The translations under genes were made by a program, and so were the position numbers. DNA of 64,000 nt. Origin: Octopus sinensis. Taxonomy: Eukaryota. The notes under the pieces are model-generated. The model was not told the origin of the DNA, searched no databases, and saw nothing but the letters and a program-made list of their open reading frames with translations. This document shows positions 11,701 through 24,051 of this stretch, in pieces. The number at the start of each line of letters is the position of its first letter. The first letter of the stretch is position 1. The stretch spans positions 110,298,001 to 110,362,000 of the forward strand of contig NC_043000.1 in NCBI RefSeq assembly GCF_006345805.1. The letters are read 5' to 3'.

Positions 11701-14700
11701 ACAAAAGGGAGATAACTCATGTTACAATGACCATTACACATTTCTTTGTCTTTTACGGTATGAGCATTCCCATTCCAACATCAACTGCTTTGAATGCAGT
11801 CAACAAACTGTCTTGTTTTTTTTCTTCTTGTTATCAACTTGGGAAATGGTGAAATAAATTAATATTTGACGAGGAAACTCTGGGTAGCTGTATTTAAACA
11901 AGACTTGAGGATTTACTCTCTTAACTGACAAGTGCTATACTATTTGTTGAATCCCTATCACACAGTCTGATCTTCAAGTGAGCATGGGTTGGGCAAAAAT
12001 GATCCCAGACAAATCCTAGCATCATTTCTCTCCAACCCATGCCAACATGGAGAATGGATATTTAATGATGATGATGATGCATGTATATGCATAAACATCA
12101 ACATTTTACAGCTTAGCTTGTCACTCTCTGAATGAAAGTGTTATGGTGTTCACATCGCCATTTGCCATCATCCTCATCAACCAATCTCCTCTTCTGAAGG
12201 TGAGTGGAAGAGTAGAACAAAAGGATGTCTTACCTGACAAACAGTGAATGGTTTGTGACTCTGGCCATAAAAATGCTCTCTCAAACGTTTTAGCTGATAT
12301 ATTATGTAATAACATTAACTGAATGTATTTTACAATGGTGTTATAACTATGGGTGAAGACGCATGGCTTAGAGGTTAAGCGTATGAGTACAACGATTGTG
12401 AGTTCATGGTTTCAATTCCCTGACTGGCTGCACATTGTGTTCTTGAGCAAAACACTTTATTTCATAGTGTTTCAGTCCACTAAGCTGTAAACAGGTACCA
12501 ATGCAATCGAGTAGCCTTCTGATCAAAGGAAAAGTTGGCCTGCTCACCCAAGGGTAGCATCATTTCAAAGCTGAACCAATGAGAAATGCATTGTGATCAG
12601 TAATGTATAACAACAGTCAATATTCTAGTTGATCACATGATTATAACTATGGATGTAGGTAGACTAAATATCCTCATCTTCAAGTAGCTTCATTTATTAA
12701 TAAGAAGTTAAGAAACCCATTTTGCAACCACATGTTTCTGAGTTCAGTTCCACACTGTGTAGCACCTTGGGCACGTGCCCTCTACTGTAGCCCCAGGTCA
12801 ACAATACCTGGAGAGTGGATCTGGTAGACAGAAACTGAGTGAAAGCCTGTCACACACACCCACATATATATCTGTGTAGCTTGGTCTCCCACTATTGCTG
12901 TTGGTTTGTTTATATCCTCATAGCTTAGCGGTTAGGCCAAGATTTAAGATAAGTACCGGGGTTGATTTGCTCAAGTAAAACCCTTCAAAACAGTGCCCCA
13001 GCATGGACACGGTCGAATGACTGAAACAAATAAAAGATAAACTGATTAATGTCAGAAAAAAAATCTCCATTCACTTACTTTGATATCACACACTTCATTA
13101 TCTCGGCTTGAGTATTCTCGAAGAAGAAAATCGGTTCCAGCCTGAAAGGGTAATTACCAAGACTTGTTACAATATACTTCCTGGCACCCTACCCCCGCAC
13201 ATTTCACATCAGCTGTGCTACCACCTATTACCACCCGGACACACACCTACTCCCTCCACCTTCTCCTCCAACAAATATTCATGATATTCACTGCACCTCC
13301 CTCTATCCCCATCTGTCACTCACCTCTCACACTCCCACAAACTTACCCATCCATACCATTTCCTTTTCTTCAAACTGACCACTTTATATAGAAGTTCCCC
13401 CAAACACCCTTTAATAGTTGCCTCCAAACACCCTTTCAAGGTATTTAAAACGCAGTAGACTATCAAGTTATGTATGTATAATGATGAGTTATCAAGAAAT
13501 TTTTACACACACACATACTCGGACTGGCTCTTGTGCCAGTGACACATAAAAAGCACCATCCAAATGTGGCCAGTGCCACTACTCCCTGACTGGCTCCTGT
13601 GCTGGTGGCATGTAAAAAGTACCATCTGAATGTGACCAATACCAGTACCCCCTGACTGGCTCTTGTACCAGTGACACGTAAAAAGTACCATCCAATTGTG
13701 ACCGATGCCAGTACCCACTGACTGGCTTTTGTGCTGGTGGTACGTAAAAAGCACCATCCGAACATGGCCAATGCCAGTACCCACTGACTGGCCCCTGTGC
13801 CGGTGGCATGTAAAAAGCACTATTCAAACGTGATCGATGCCAGGCCCACTTAGCAGGCTCCTGTGCCGGTGACATGTAAAAAGCATCCACTACATTCTTC
13901 GAGTGGTTGGTGTTAGAAAGGGCATCCAGCTGTAGAAAGCTTGCCAGATCAGACTGGAGCTTGGTGCAGATGCTGGCTCTCCAGACCTCGGTCAAACCGT
14001 CCAACCCATGCCAGCATAGAAAGCAGATGTTAAACGATGATGATGATGGCACACTGAGTCTCTCTCTCTCTCTCATACATTAATTTCTAAAGTAGACTCA
14101 CCCTATACACCACCATTGTTTGTAATAAAAGTTTAAAATAGATTCACCTCGTGGTAGAGTCGAGTGTCATTTATCCGGACCAATACATTGTCAACACGCA
14201 AGAAGAATCGCAGCAATATAAACACACCAGATGGCATCACACGCTGAAAGACAGACATCAACCATTAAGTCAGTTTTAGGAGACGGGAAAATCTTAGAGA
14301 ATTTCAATTGTTTTAAGGAAAAAACTAATTAGAACCAAACAGGTTAATTTCTTAAGGAAACCACGCTAACGAATTTTCAGTTCCAGGCATGGTTATGTGG
14401 TTAAGTTTTCTTCCCAACCATGTGGTCTTCTACTATAGTCCTGGGCTGACCAAAGACTGTGAGTGAATTTAGTAGGTGTGTGTGTGTGTGCGCACACATC
14501 ACATAATGGTTGTAAATGTTTTCAGCTTCCTGTGAAAAGCTATATCCAACTATGGAGAAATATTTCTCCCCACTTGGAAACAGGTGATGGTTGGTGATAA
14601 GAACGGCATCCAGCCATGAAAAAACGCCCTCAAAAAATTCTGTCTGACCCATGCAGGCATGGAAAAGTGGACGTTAAATAATGATGTGTGTATTGAGTTC

Positions 14701-17700
14701 CTTTTGCTTAAATTTCCTCATCTCAGCCTGTCATTACAGCCTTCAGCTCCAGCAGTTCCATCATTACCAAAATAATGAATTCAATCTGCTAGAAATACCA
14801 GCTAAATCTCCCTCAAATCACCCTACAAATATGTTAGATACCTCCAAAAAGATGACATGGTCATGGATGGAATGCCTTCATTTATAGGTTTGCTCAGTTA
14901 GAGGTGACCTGGGGTCTATATAACAACTACAAACATCCTTGTACAAGCCTTTTGATGCCAATTCACCTGCGACCACCTCTGGTTCAGTGTTAAAAACTTT
15001 CTGTTTTAAAATTATCCAAATTAAAATTTCCCATAAAAATTTCACATTGATTTATTTGCCAAACACCAGCTTAAGAACGACAAAGTTATTTTAGCAAATT
15101 CTTCATCATTTTCAAGATTAATTGAAAGACAAACAGAGTATTTCAACAGAAATATGGCAATGAAGGGGTTGAAAAAAGGGTTCAGTGAAGTAAAGAAAAA
15201 CTAAAATAAACACTCACTATTTTCACACTCAGTTTAGAAGCACCATTATCGGCAAGTTCATCTTCAAATAACAGGATGTCCTGATAGAACAAAATCTTTT
15301 CACGTTGCTTTAGTTTCTCCAGATTAATTCGTTCCGATGTTGGTATCACCTGGATTGATGAGAAACGGAAAAAAAATGTCACTGTATAAGCGATGTATAA
15401 CAACAGTCAGTATTCTAGTTGATCATATGATTATAACTATGGATGTTGGATGACTAAATATCCTCATCTTCAAATAGTTTCATTTATTAATAAGAGGTTA
15501 AGAAACCCATTTTGCAACCACATGGTTCTGGGTTCAGTTCCACTGTGTAGCACCTTGGGCACGTGCCTTCTACTGTAGCCCCAGGTCAACAATATCTGGA
15601 GATATGTCAAATGTAAATAATGTATCTCAGTCATCTCTGTGAAGCTTAACATGACAGGCTTCCATAGTTTCTGTCTCTAAAACTCACAAAGCAGGGGTCA
15701 GTATGGAGCAATAGTAAAAGATACTTGCCGCCAGTGCGACTGAACCCGACACCACGTGATTGTAAAGTTTCTGACCTACATAGCCATGTCTGCACCTATT
15801 GACGGGGATCACAGCCAGGCAACATGGCCAGGTTGCCAGAGCAGAAGTAGTCGAAGGATTTACTGGTGCAAAAGCCAAACGTTTTGTTTTCAGAAGTAGT
15901 CGAAGGATTTAACATGAAAATCAAATGGAAATTGTAGTTGTGATCCCTGTGCCAGTGGCACGTAAAAAGCACCATCCGAACGTGGCCGATGACAGCGCTG
16001 CCTTGACTGGCTTCTGTGCCGGTGATACATAAAAAGCACCAACCGATTGTGACTGTTGCCAGCCTCCTCTGGCCCCTGTGCTGGTGGCACGTAAAAAGCA
16101 CCAACCAATCGTGGATGTTTCCAGCCTCCTCTGGCACCTGTGCTGGTGGCACATAAAAACCACCAACCGATTGTGACTGTTGCCAGCCTCCTCTGGCCCC
16201 TGTGCTGGTGGCACGTAAAAAGCACCCACTACACTCTTGGAGTGGTTGGCGTTAGGAAGGGCATCCAGCTGTAGAAACACTGCCAGATAAGACTGGAGCC
16301 TGGTGCGGCCTCCTGGCTTCCCAGACCCTGGTCGAACTGTCCAACCCATGCCAGCATGAAAACGGACGTTAAACGATGATGATGATGATGATGACATAGG
16401 TCTCTTCAGGTGGAGTCACCATGTCTCTGTATTGAGAGGTCACAGCTCTGGTACTGTGGCTGTGTGATTAGAATATCACAAGAACCACAAGACAGATTCT
16501 TCAAGCTGAGCCAACTGGCAGGAGATCTAAAGAGGACTTTACTCACACGACTCTCTCAGGAACAGTGGGTGGAGAAGATGGGTGCATGGATGAATAATCA
16601 TCATCATCATCATCATCATTTAACGTCTGCTTTCCATGCCAGCATGGGTTGGACGGTTTGACTGAGGGCTAGCGAACCAGATGGCTGCACCATGGCTCCA
16701 GTCTTGATCTGGCAGAGTTTCTACAGCTGAATGCCCTTCCTAACGCCAACCACTCCGAGAGTGTAGTGGGTGCTTTTATGTGCTACCGGCACGGGGGCCA
16801 GTCAGGCAGCACTGGCAATCACCTCGCTTGAATCTTTTTACACATGCCACTGGCACAGGTGCCAGTAAGGCGACGTTGGTAACGATCACGCTCGAATCTT
16901 TTTACATATACCACTGGCACAGGTGCCAGTAAGGCGACGCTGGTAACGATCACGCTTGAATAGCTTGAATACTAAAGAGTTAAACCACCGGAAAAACAAA
17001 AAAGAGTTTAATGAAATTATATACTTACACTAATTGCTAAATTACTGTCTTTTGAGAAAAGTGATCCTTTGTAATCCGTAGTGAATGTCCAATCAAAAGG
17101 TTTCAGGGCTTGTTTGATGTATTCACAATCAGATCTAAAGAGACAATAAAGAATCTATTCTGAAATTTCTATAAATACAAGAAATGGAAAAAATGCCTAA
17201 AATATAAACTAATTACAACAATTCCTGCAGTATGTGTTGTCGTTCCCTTTGCCTTCATTTTAATGTCCTCTTTCCCATGTTTGCAGAGTCTATAGAGGCA
17301 GATTTTCTACAGCTGGATGCCCTTCCTGTCACCAACCTTTACCTGTTTCCAAACAAGGTAATATTTCCCCTCCTTGGCCAGACATGTTTCTGCATAATAA
17401 GGGAAATGAATTCATGACCCTGCTTGTATGACTGACACTCATTTACAATTATTGTGCAATGTCAAAACAAAGGACACAAACACACACACTTGTCATTGAT
17501 TCACAACACACACACACACACACATACAGTGAAGTCATCAAGTAACTTGCAAGACAAGACCCCTCAACTGCAGGGGGGGAACAGTATTCAAGGAAGTGGT
17601 TTTTTGCCAGGGGATGAGAGGGTAAAGTATGATAGAAGGGAAAGAAACAGGTGTCTTGGGGGTAGAAGAGATATATGGCTACTCCGGTTGGGAAAGGAGA

Positions 17701-20700
17701 GGTGGGGAAGATCTGCCTTCAAGTTACAGGAAGGTGAACATACATCTACATATTTTGATTTGTTAGAGTGTTGTGACATTCATGCCTTTTCCAATAGCAG
17801 TAGTTATGGTAACAAATTTGAACTGGTTCCAAGTGGAAATTAAAACTTGGTTCACTGAAATGATCACACCACACCAGGTTGTCTAACAAGCAATCTTCTC
17901 GTACACCCTCGTGAGATGATCCTGGACACATCATCGGTGATGTTACCTGGTGTTACTCAGGGTGTGGGAGTCTTTCAATAATCAGACACCCTCAGGTAAC
18001 GAGCAAGCAGAGTAATTAGCATGCCAAGCAAAATGATGAGCAGCTTTTTGTCTGTCTTTACATTCTGAGGTCTGCATTACCTTTCATCCTTTTGGGGTCA
18101 ATAAAATAAGGACCAGTCAAGCACTGGGGTTGATGTAATTGATTTCCACCTCCCCACCAATAGTACTGGCCTTGTGACAAAATTTGAAATCAGTAATCAG
18201 GCATTCCTGCCCAGCCAGGGTTGATCAAACCCCAAACCATATCCAATTTACACTAGCCCATCCAGGGTTCACACCTTATCAACAGCCACCCTGAAGTAAT
18301 CTCTACAACCTCAACAGCCAACATGATGGCCTTTTTCCTAATGTCCTGTGATGCCCACCATGCTGGAGGTTTTAGAGGGTAACTGACCTGGGAACCTGCT
18401 GTGTTCTATCTCAATGGGATCACATCTTGCTTCCCACCCATAGTTACAGCATAATTCGACCCGTTCAGCATATTTTGATCTCTTCCTCTTGTTTGCCTCC
18501 TTAACCCATTCATGCCGATCGTCTGTTTAAACTGACCCTTAATTTATAAGGGTATAAAACAAATACTTGATACAAATTGTGATTTGTGTATGATCTGTAT
18601 CAAAGAATGAAACATGTTCTTAACACGTATGCAATCTTTATCACACAGATTTCAATGAAATTTTTTTCAATTGTTATTTAGGTCAAAATAATATTATTTG
18701 TGAATTTTCAGGCAATTTCATTCACTAGAAAAATTCCGGCACGAATGGGTTAATATGGTCCTCCAGAGGAATGTGTTTGGATAAAAGAACATAAAATAAA
18801 CAAGAATATATTTACCTGGCATTCTTCCAAACTTGGGATGCAGCAACTTGAAGCAGATCGTGTTCAGCATCGACGCATTTTAGAGCATCCAAAGCATTAA
18901 ATTCTAATCCAAAGCCATCATTATGTTCCAGTCTGAGAATATTGTCAGCAAATACCATTTCTGGTAACTGTGGCAGAGTTAATTCCTTTTCATAGCTGCC
19001 GATCAAAATATAAAACCACAAAAATCACAGACTAATAAACATTATTTACACATTGAAAACTTTCAATCAAAAATTACGTCATCAATAACCACCATATTTA
19101 GCTGACTTATGGGGTTTAATAACGTTCTTTTTTATGTAGTTGTTGTCATGTTAATGAGAAGAAGCATGTAGATATACAATACCATGAAGGTGGCGAGCTG
19201 GCAGAATCGTTAGCATGCCAGGAGAAATGCTTAGCGGTATTTCGTCTGCCGCTACGTTCTGAGTTCAAATTCCGCTGAGGTCAACTTTGCCTTTCATCCT
19301 TTTGGGGTCAGTTAAATAAGTACCTATTTCTTTACTACCCGACAAACAAGGACAGACAAACGGATTAAGTCGATTATATCGACCCAGTGCATAACTGGTA
19401 CTTATTTAATCGACCCCGAAAGGATGAAAGGCAAAGTCGATCTCGGCGGAATTTGAACTCAGAATGTAGCGGCAGGCGAAATACCGCTAGGCATTTCACC
19501 TAGGTTATGTGGTTAAGAAGTCTGCTTCCCAACTGCTCATTCAGCTGAACTATGTAGCACTTTCTGTTGTGTCTGGGGAGAGTCATTTTCTTTTTGTGCC
19601 TTATAATGTAACACACTCACCGATAAAATTTCCACTTTTTTCTTATTTTTATTGTCCTAAAATTTTCGTTGCATCTTGCAACCTTTTCAATAGTCTTGAC
19701 TCTCAAATGCAAAAACGAAATATGTAGCACTTACCACACATGATGTGTATGTATCAGTCCATGCATGTGTATCTGCTTGTGTTTTCATTTTGCATGGTTT
19801 TCTCTCCCCAAAGCCACTTCTTAACAAATGTGGAGGTGTTACGTTGATGCTTCCTGTTCACAAATTGCCCACTTACTTTCCACATATTTGAAGACAATCT
19901 ATTTTTTGCATCTTTCACTTGTTCCAGTCAGTGGATTGCGGCCATTGTGGAGCACCACCTCAGAAGGTATTAATCAAGCAAATCAACCCCCATCTACTTA
20001 CATTAGTAAGTCTGATACCTAATCTCTCAGTCTCTTTTGCCAAAACTGCTAATGCCATGGGGATGTAAACAAACCAACACCGATTGCCAGGAGGTGCGAG
20101 GGAGGGGGCATACATAAATACAAAGACACCCGCATATATGTGGCAGGCCTCCATACAGCTTTCGTCTCCCAAATTCACTCACAAGGCGTTGGTCGACCTG
20201 AGGCTATAGTAAAATACACTTGCCCAAGGTATCACATAGTAGGACAGAACCTGAAACCTCGTGATTGCAAAGCAAGCTTCTTAACCACACAACCATACTT
20301 GTGAAATCTCTCTATATATGTATAAAGTTGAAGTTGTCTGTATATGGCAGGTTTGGTAGCCTTCAACTAACACCATCTCCTCCGAGACCCTGCAGCACAA
20401 GTTGACTAAAATTGAGAGTATGATAGAAGAAGGCTTGCTCTTCCTTCTGTAGAAGAAAAGATTCAAATCGGACCATGTTAACACCAAAAATTATTTACAT
20501 CAAAAGTGCTTTTTTACTATGAAAATCCCTATTTTTTACGATTTTTTTTTACTGCTGTGTCGCTATTTTTCAGTGTATTTCAACCAGAAAAATGTTCACT
20601 TAAAGAGAATAACAAGCTACATAATGCAAATTTTTTACTTTTCAAAAATTCCAATTCTAAAGGGTCGAAACAAACCTGAGCAATGCTGGGCATTACTGCT

Positions 20701-22729
20701 AGTAAAAAATAAAATCCCTTAGTTGAAAAAACAGGTCAGGATTAGTGAAAGGAAGGGCATCCGACTGTAAAAGAATGCCTCAGTAATGAGGCTTCAGTCA
20801 ACTTCTGTTAGCATAGATGAAGGGGAAAAATGTATGTTAAATGAAAGAACTGAGAGTAGTCATGAAAACATGCATTTTAGAGAACAGATTACTATGAGAA
20901 ATTACTGAGGGACACCATCGGCCTGAAAAGACAATAGTCAAGTTAGTATTGTAAATAACTACATCATAAATACAAACATAATCTGCTTTATGATAAAAGT
21001 GTTGGGGTGAGGAAAAAAATATCCAGTTGTATAACAACTCGTGTCATCTAAATAAAGACGTTTTAAAATGGATTCATGTGAAGAAATGCAGGAAATAAAT
21101 TATTCTGTTCATGAAATATAAGAGAATGTGAGAAAACATGCAAACAGCATTATTTGAAGATTTAAAAAGACAAAACAAAACTTATTACAATTTGTGAACC
21201 CAGGTGTCATTCGTTACAAGCTTCTCACAGTTTTGTTACTGGTTCCTTACATTTATCTCAGTGAGGTAAACAAGGGAGTGTCTGCAGCTCGAGACAAAAC
21301 AAAGAACTTTCTTTAAAAGGCATTGCTTCTTAAATGTCCTTGATCACATGTACACCCTTTGGTATTATATATATGTGTGTGTGTGTATATATATATATAT
21401 ATAGTATATATAAATATTTTAATCTTCGGATTCTTTCTTTAGTATGCTAGACCACTGGTTCTAATTGATAAATATCAATTTTTACCCTAAATTTAATTTT
21501 ATAATTATATATATATGTCATCATCATCATCTTTTAACGTCTGTTTTCCGTGCTAACATGGGTTGGACGGTTTGACCGGGGTCTGGGAAGCCAGGAGGCT
21601 GCACCAGGCTCCAGTCTAATCTGGCAGTGTTTCTACAGCTGGATGCCCTTCCTAACACCAACCACTGCGCGAGTGTAGTGGGTGCTACACTTGCGGAGTG
21701 GTTGGCACATATATATATATATATATATATACATCATGTTGGCGGCACGTAAAAAGCATCCACTACACTCTCAGAGTGGTTGGCGTTAGGAAGGACATCC
21801 AGCTGTAGAAATCTTCCCAGATCAGATTGGAGCCTGGTGCAGCCTACTGGTTTGCCAGTCCTCAGTCAAACCGTCCAACCCATGCCAGCATAGAAAACGG
21901 ATGTTAAACGATGATGATGATATGTGAGTAAAAGATTTACACACACCTAATACCCACTCACTGTTTTCCTTCCACCCTCCAGCTCCCATTCTTGGTTTGC
22001 AATCTCACCAACTTATCCACCATCTCTACTCCCTGGTTCCCTTTACTATATACACCACCCTGTAACTTGGGGCTAAGGCCTGCCCAACCAACTCGTCTTC
22101 ACCATCTTTTCTCTCTCTCTCCATCTGAGGTAGCCATGTTTCTCCTCAACTGCAAGAGATCTTTTTCTATCCCCCTATAGTACCCCCCCCCCCATTTGAG
22201 GGAGTCTTTGTCTTGCAAGTTACTTGGTGACCTCACTGGTGCCACTTAAAAAAGCACCCAGTAAACTCTGTAAAGTTATTGGTGTTAGGAAGGGCATCCA
22301 GCCGCAAAAACCACAGCAAAGCTGACACTGGAGTTTGTCAGACCCTGTCGAATTGTCTAACCCATTCCAGCATGGAAAATGAACATTAAATGCTGAAGAT
22401 AATGATGATGATGCACATGGTCCCAAGTTCTGGGAGATGAGAGAGCAAGGAATTAAATCAACTCCAATATTTGAATGATAATTTACCAACCCAAGAAAAA
22501 TGAAAAGTAAGAAAACAGCCCTTTGCGTGATTTGGATACAGAATGTAAAAAGTCATAACAACACCCTTAAGGTCCACAGCCCAATAGAAACAACCCCAAG
22601 ATATACTTACCATTCTCTGTCATGTCCTTCAGATTCTAGAATGTGGCTCTCAGAAGCAGTTAAAGTCCAACACCCAAAGTTATAAACTTCCTTTTTCAGT
22701 TTTGCCTTAGCAGGTGGTGCTTCTGTCAT
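8604..22729 (-). CDS. TIPRL: TIP41-like protein (PP2A-family regulator), 7 coding exons, 283 aa
   Basis: Exons 22729-22611, 18995-18816, 17134-17029, 15349-15218, 14243-14148, 13141-13079, 8759-8604 join in frame (852 nt) with GT-AG sites. Translation has TIP41 hallmarks: [101 protein letters not shown]. Confidence 0.96.
9639..11013 (+). mobile_element. Second, shorter 5'-truncated copy of the same RTE-like LINE
   Basis: ORF 9735-10376 differs from the 43 kb copy at about 8 of 213 aa; ends in (GAT)n tail; antisense in the last TIPRL intron. Confidence 0.95.
12341..12652 (+). mobile_element. tRNA-derived SINE family C with 12-bp target-site duplication
   Basis: GCATGGCTTAGAGGTT...GGTTTCAATTCC...CTTGAGCAAAACACTT; TTATAACTATGG repeated at 12341 and 12641; related copies at about 6880, 35220, 42395, 50105, 52020, 57810. 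Confidence 0.75.
13079..13141 (-). CDS. TIPRL: TIPRL coding exon 6
   Basis: CAG acceptor, GTAAGT donor; [21 protein letters not shown]. Confidence 0.93.
13522..14048 (+). mobile_element. RTE-LINE 3'UTR fragment with about 6 tandem units of about 66 bp
   Basis: Repeated TGGCTC.TGTGCC.GTG.CA.GTAAAAAGCACCATC units, then the LINE terminus and (GAT)n. Confidence 0.85.
14148..14243 (-). CDS. TIPRL: TIPRL coding exon 5
   Basis: CAG acceptor, GTGAA donor; [32 protein letters not shown]. Confidence 0.95.
15218..15349 (-). CDS. TIPRL: TIPRL coding exon 4
   Basis: CAG acceptor, GTGAGT donor; [44 protein letters not shown]. Confidence 0.95.
15921..16393 (+). mobile_element. RTE-LINE 3'UTR fragment with tandem units
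   Basis: About 5 GTGC.GGTGGCAC.TAAAAA hairpin units + terminus + (GAT)n. Confidence 0.85.
16608..16960 (-). mobile_element. RTE-LINE 3'UTR fragment
   Basis: (CAT)n followed by the reverse-complement terminus and units. Confidence 0.8.
17029..17134 (-). CDS. TIPRL: TIPRL coding exon 3
   Basis: TAG acceptor, GTAAGT donor; [35 protein letters not shown]. Confidence 0.95.
18501..18753. mobile_element. piggyBac-type MITE, second family
   Basis: TTAA-CCCATTCATGCCG ... CGGCACGAATGGG-TTAA. Confidence 0.85.
18816..18995 (-). CDS. TIPRL: TIPRL coding exon 2
   Basis: CAG acceptor, GTAAA donor; [41 protein letters not shown]... Confidence 0.95.
19187..19498. mobile_element. Inverted pair of SINE family A
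   Basis: Arms about 19224-19325 and 19397-19498 are reverse complements with few mismatches. Confidence 0.8.
20485..20703 (+). mobile_element. Helitron-like 3' end
   Basis: Imperfect GC hairpin CCTGAGCAATGCTGGG about 8 nt before terminal CTAG-T. Confidence 0.55.
21518..21920. mobile_element. Inverted pair of RTE-LINE 3' ends around (TA)n
   Basis: Minus copy 21518-21690 and plus copy 21740-21920. Confidence 0.8.
22611..22729 (-). CDS. TIPRL: TIPRL coding exon 1 ([39 protein letters not shown])
   Basis: ATG at 22729, donor GTAAGT below 22611; acceptor CAG at 22784-22786 implies an upstream 5'UTR exon. Confidence 0.9.
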
Positions 22730-22926
22730 ATTAATAAAAGATATTTTGCACAACAACCAGTTGAAGTTCAGGTGTACTAATCCCTGTAAAATATAAAAAC
22801 AAACATTGATTTGTAATTAGTGTGTTCATTAATTAGTTCATTCAGGTGCAGGTATGGGTGGGTGTGGTTGAGAAGCTTTCTCCTATGATGTTTGTAACTG
22901 TGGTTAGTGAGAGTCATGTCATTGGT

Positions 22927-23142
22927 TTAACCTTTTGGCATTCAGATTACTCTGTCAAATGTAAAGCCTGTCTAATTACAATGTTTTAAATTAATTGTAC
23001 AGCATCTTGCGACTCTGAGGTTTTGATGATGTCCCTGTTTATTTTTAGAATGACTTTGTAGGGTAAGTGTGAGAGGTCAGAGCTGGCTGGCTTGAGCATA
23101 AAACAGGTAGATAATTTTGACCTGATTATGGCCAGTTTAAGC
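22927..23142. mobile_element. Degenerate piggyBac-like MITE (inverted relative at about 9075-9310)
   Basis: TTAACCTTTTGGCATTCAGATT start; internal sequence matches 9110-9305 in reverse. Confidence 0.55.
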
Positions 23143-23636
23143 ACACATTCTCTTGAACAGAAGCAACCTACTTGCTGACACCAAACCCTCTCATTCGTGG
23201 CCTGTCAACCTGTGCCTGATCATAGCCCTTTGCGCTTTATGTGATGAAGTTCATTTTCCATAGTAGCATGGGTTGGACAGTTTGAAAGAAGCTGGTGAGC
23301 AAGAAGACTACACCAGGCTCCATTCTCTGTCCTGGTATGATTTCTATGGCTGAGTACCCTTTTTAACTCCAACCACATCACAGAGTGTACTAAGTGCTTT
23401 TAAGGTGGCACCATGGCACCAGTGCCTGTGAGGGCACCCTCTCAATTGAGAGGAGAATAGTATAAAGGGAAGTAGTTTTGTGCCTGATGATGCTAGAGGG
23501 TCAGAAAAAGAAACTTTGCAGTAGAGGAGATATGTGGCCACTCCAATTGAGAGAGAGAGAGAGGAGAGAGAGAGAGAGCAAGAGAGAGAGATAGAAAGAA
23601 GATGGTGAAGGTGTGTTGGGGTGAAACCTAAGTTAC

Positions 23637-23835
23637 ATCATCATCATCGTTTAACGTCCGTTTTCCATGCTAGCATGGGTTGGACAGTTCAACCGGGGTC
23701 TGGGAAGCCAGGAGGCTGCACCAGGCTCCAGCCTGATCTGGCAGTGTTTCTACAGATCAGACTGGAGCCTGGTGCAGCCTCCTGGCTTCCCAGACCCCGG
23801 TCGAACCATCCAACCCATGCTAGCATGGAAAACGG
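23637..23835. mobile_element. Fold-back RTE-LINE 3' end
   Basis: Reverse-complement terminus joined directly to a forward terminus at about 23755. Confidence 0.8.
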
Positions 23836-24051
23836 GAGGGTGTATTTAAGTGGTACAGAGGATTGGATAAGTAGGCAGATGAGCTTACAGATAAAGGGGA
23901 GGGAAATGCAGTGAGTGAACATTGATGGTGTTAGGAAGATGAGTTGTAGGGGAGAGATCTGTCAGGGGCAATGACATGCCTTTAGGGCCTTAGTTTTACT
24001 TAGATGGACAGGTCTTCTCAACCCTAGCAAATCGCCAATTAACTCAGTCAT

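Noticed and set aside
11225-11857. 210-aa plus-strand ORF
   Set aside because: Runs through a SINE and simple repeats, antisense within a TIPRL intron, with no recognisable domain.
13522-13890. CRISPR-like array (palindromic repeat plus variable spacers)
   Set aside because: The spacers are homologous to one another, there are no cas genes, the context is eukaryotic, and the array is part of the RTE-LINE 3'UTR.
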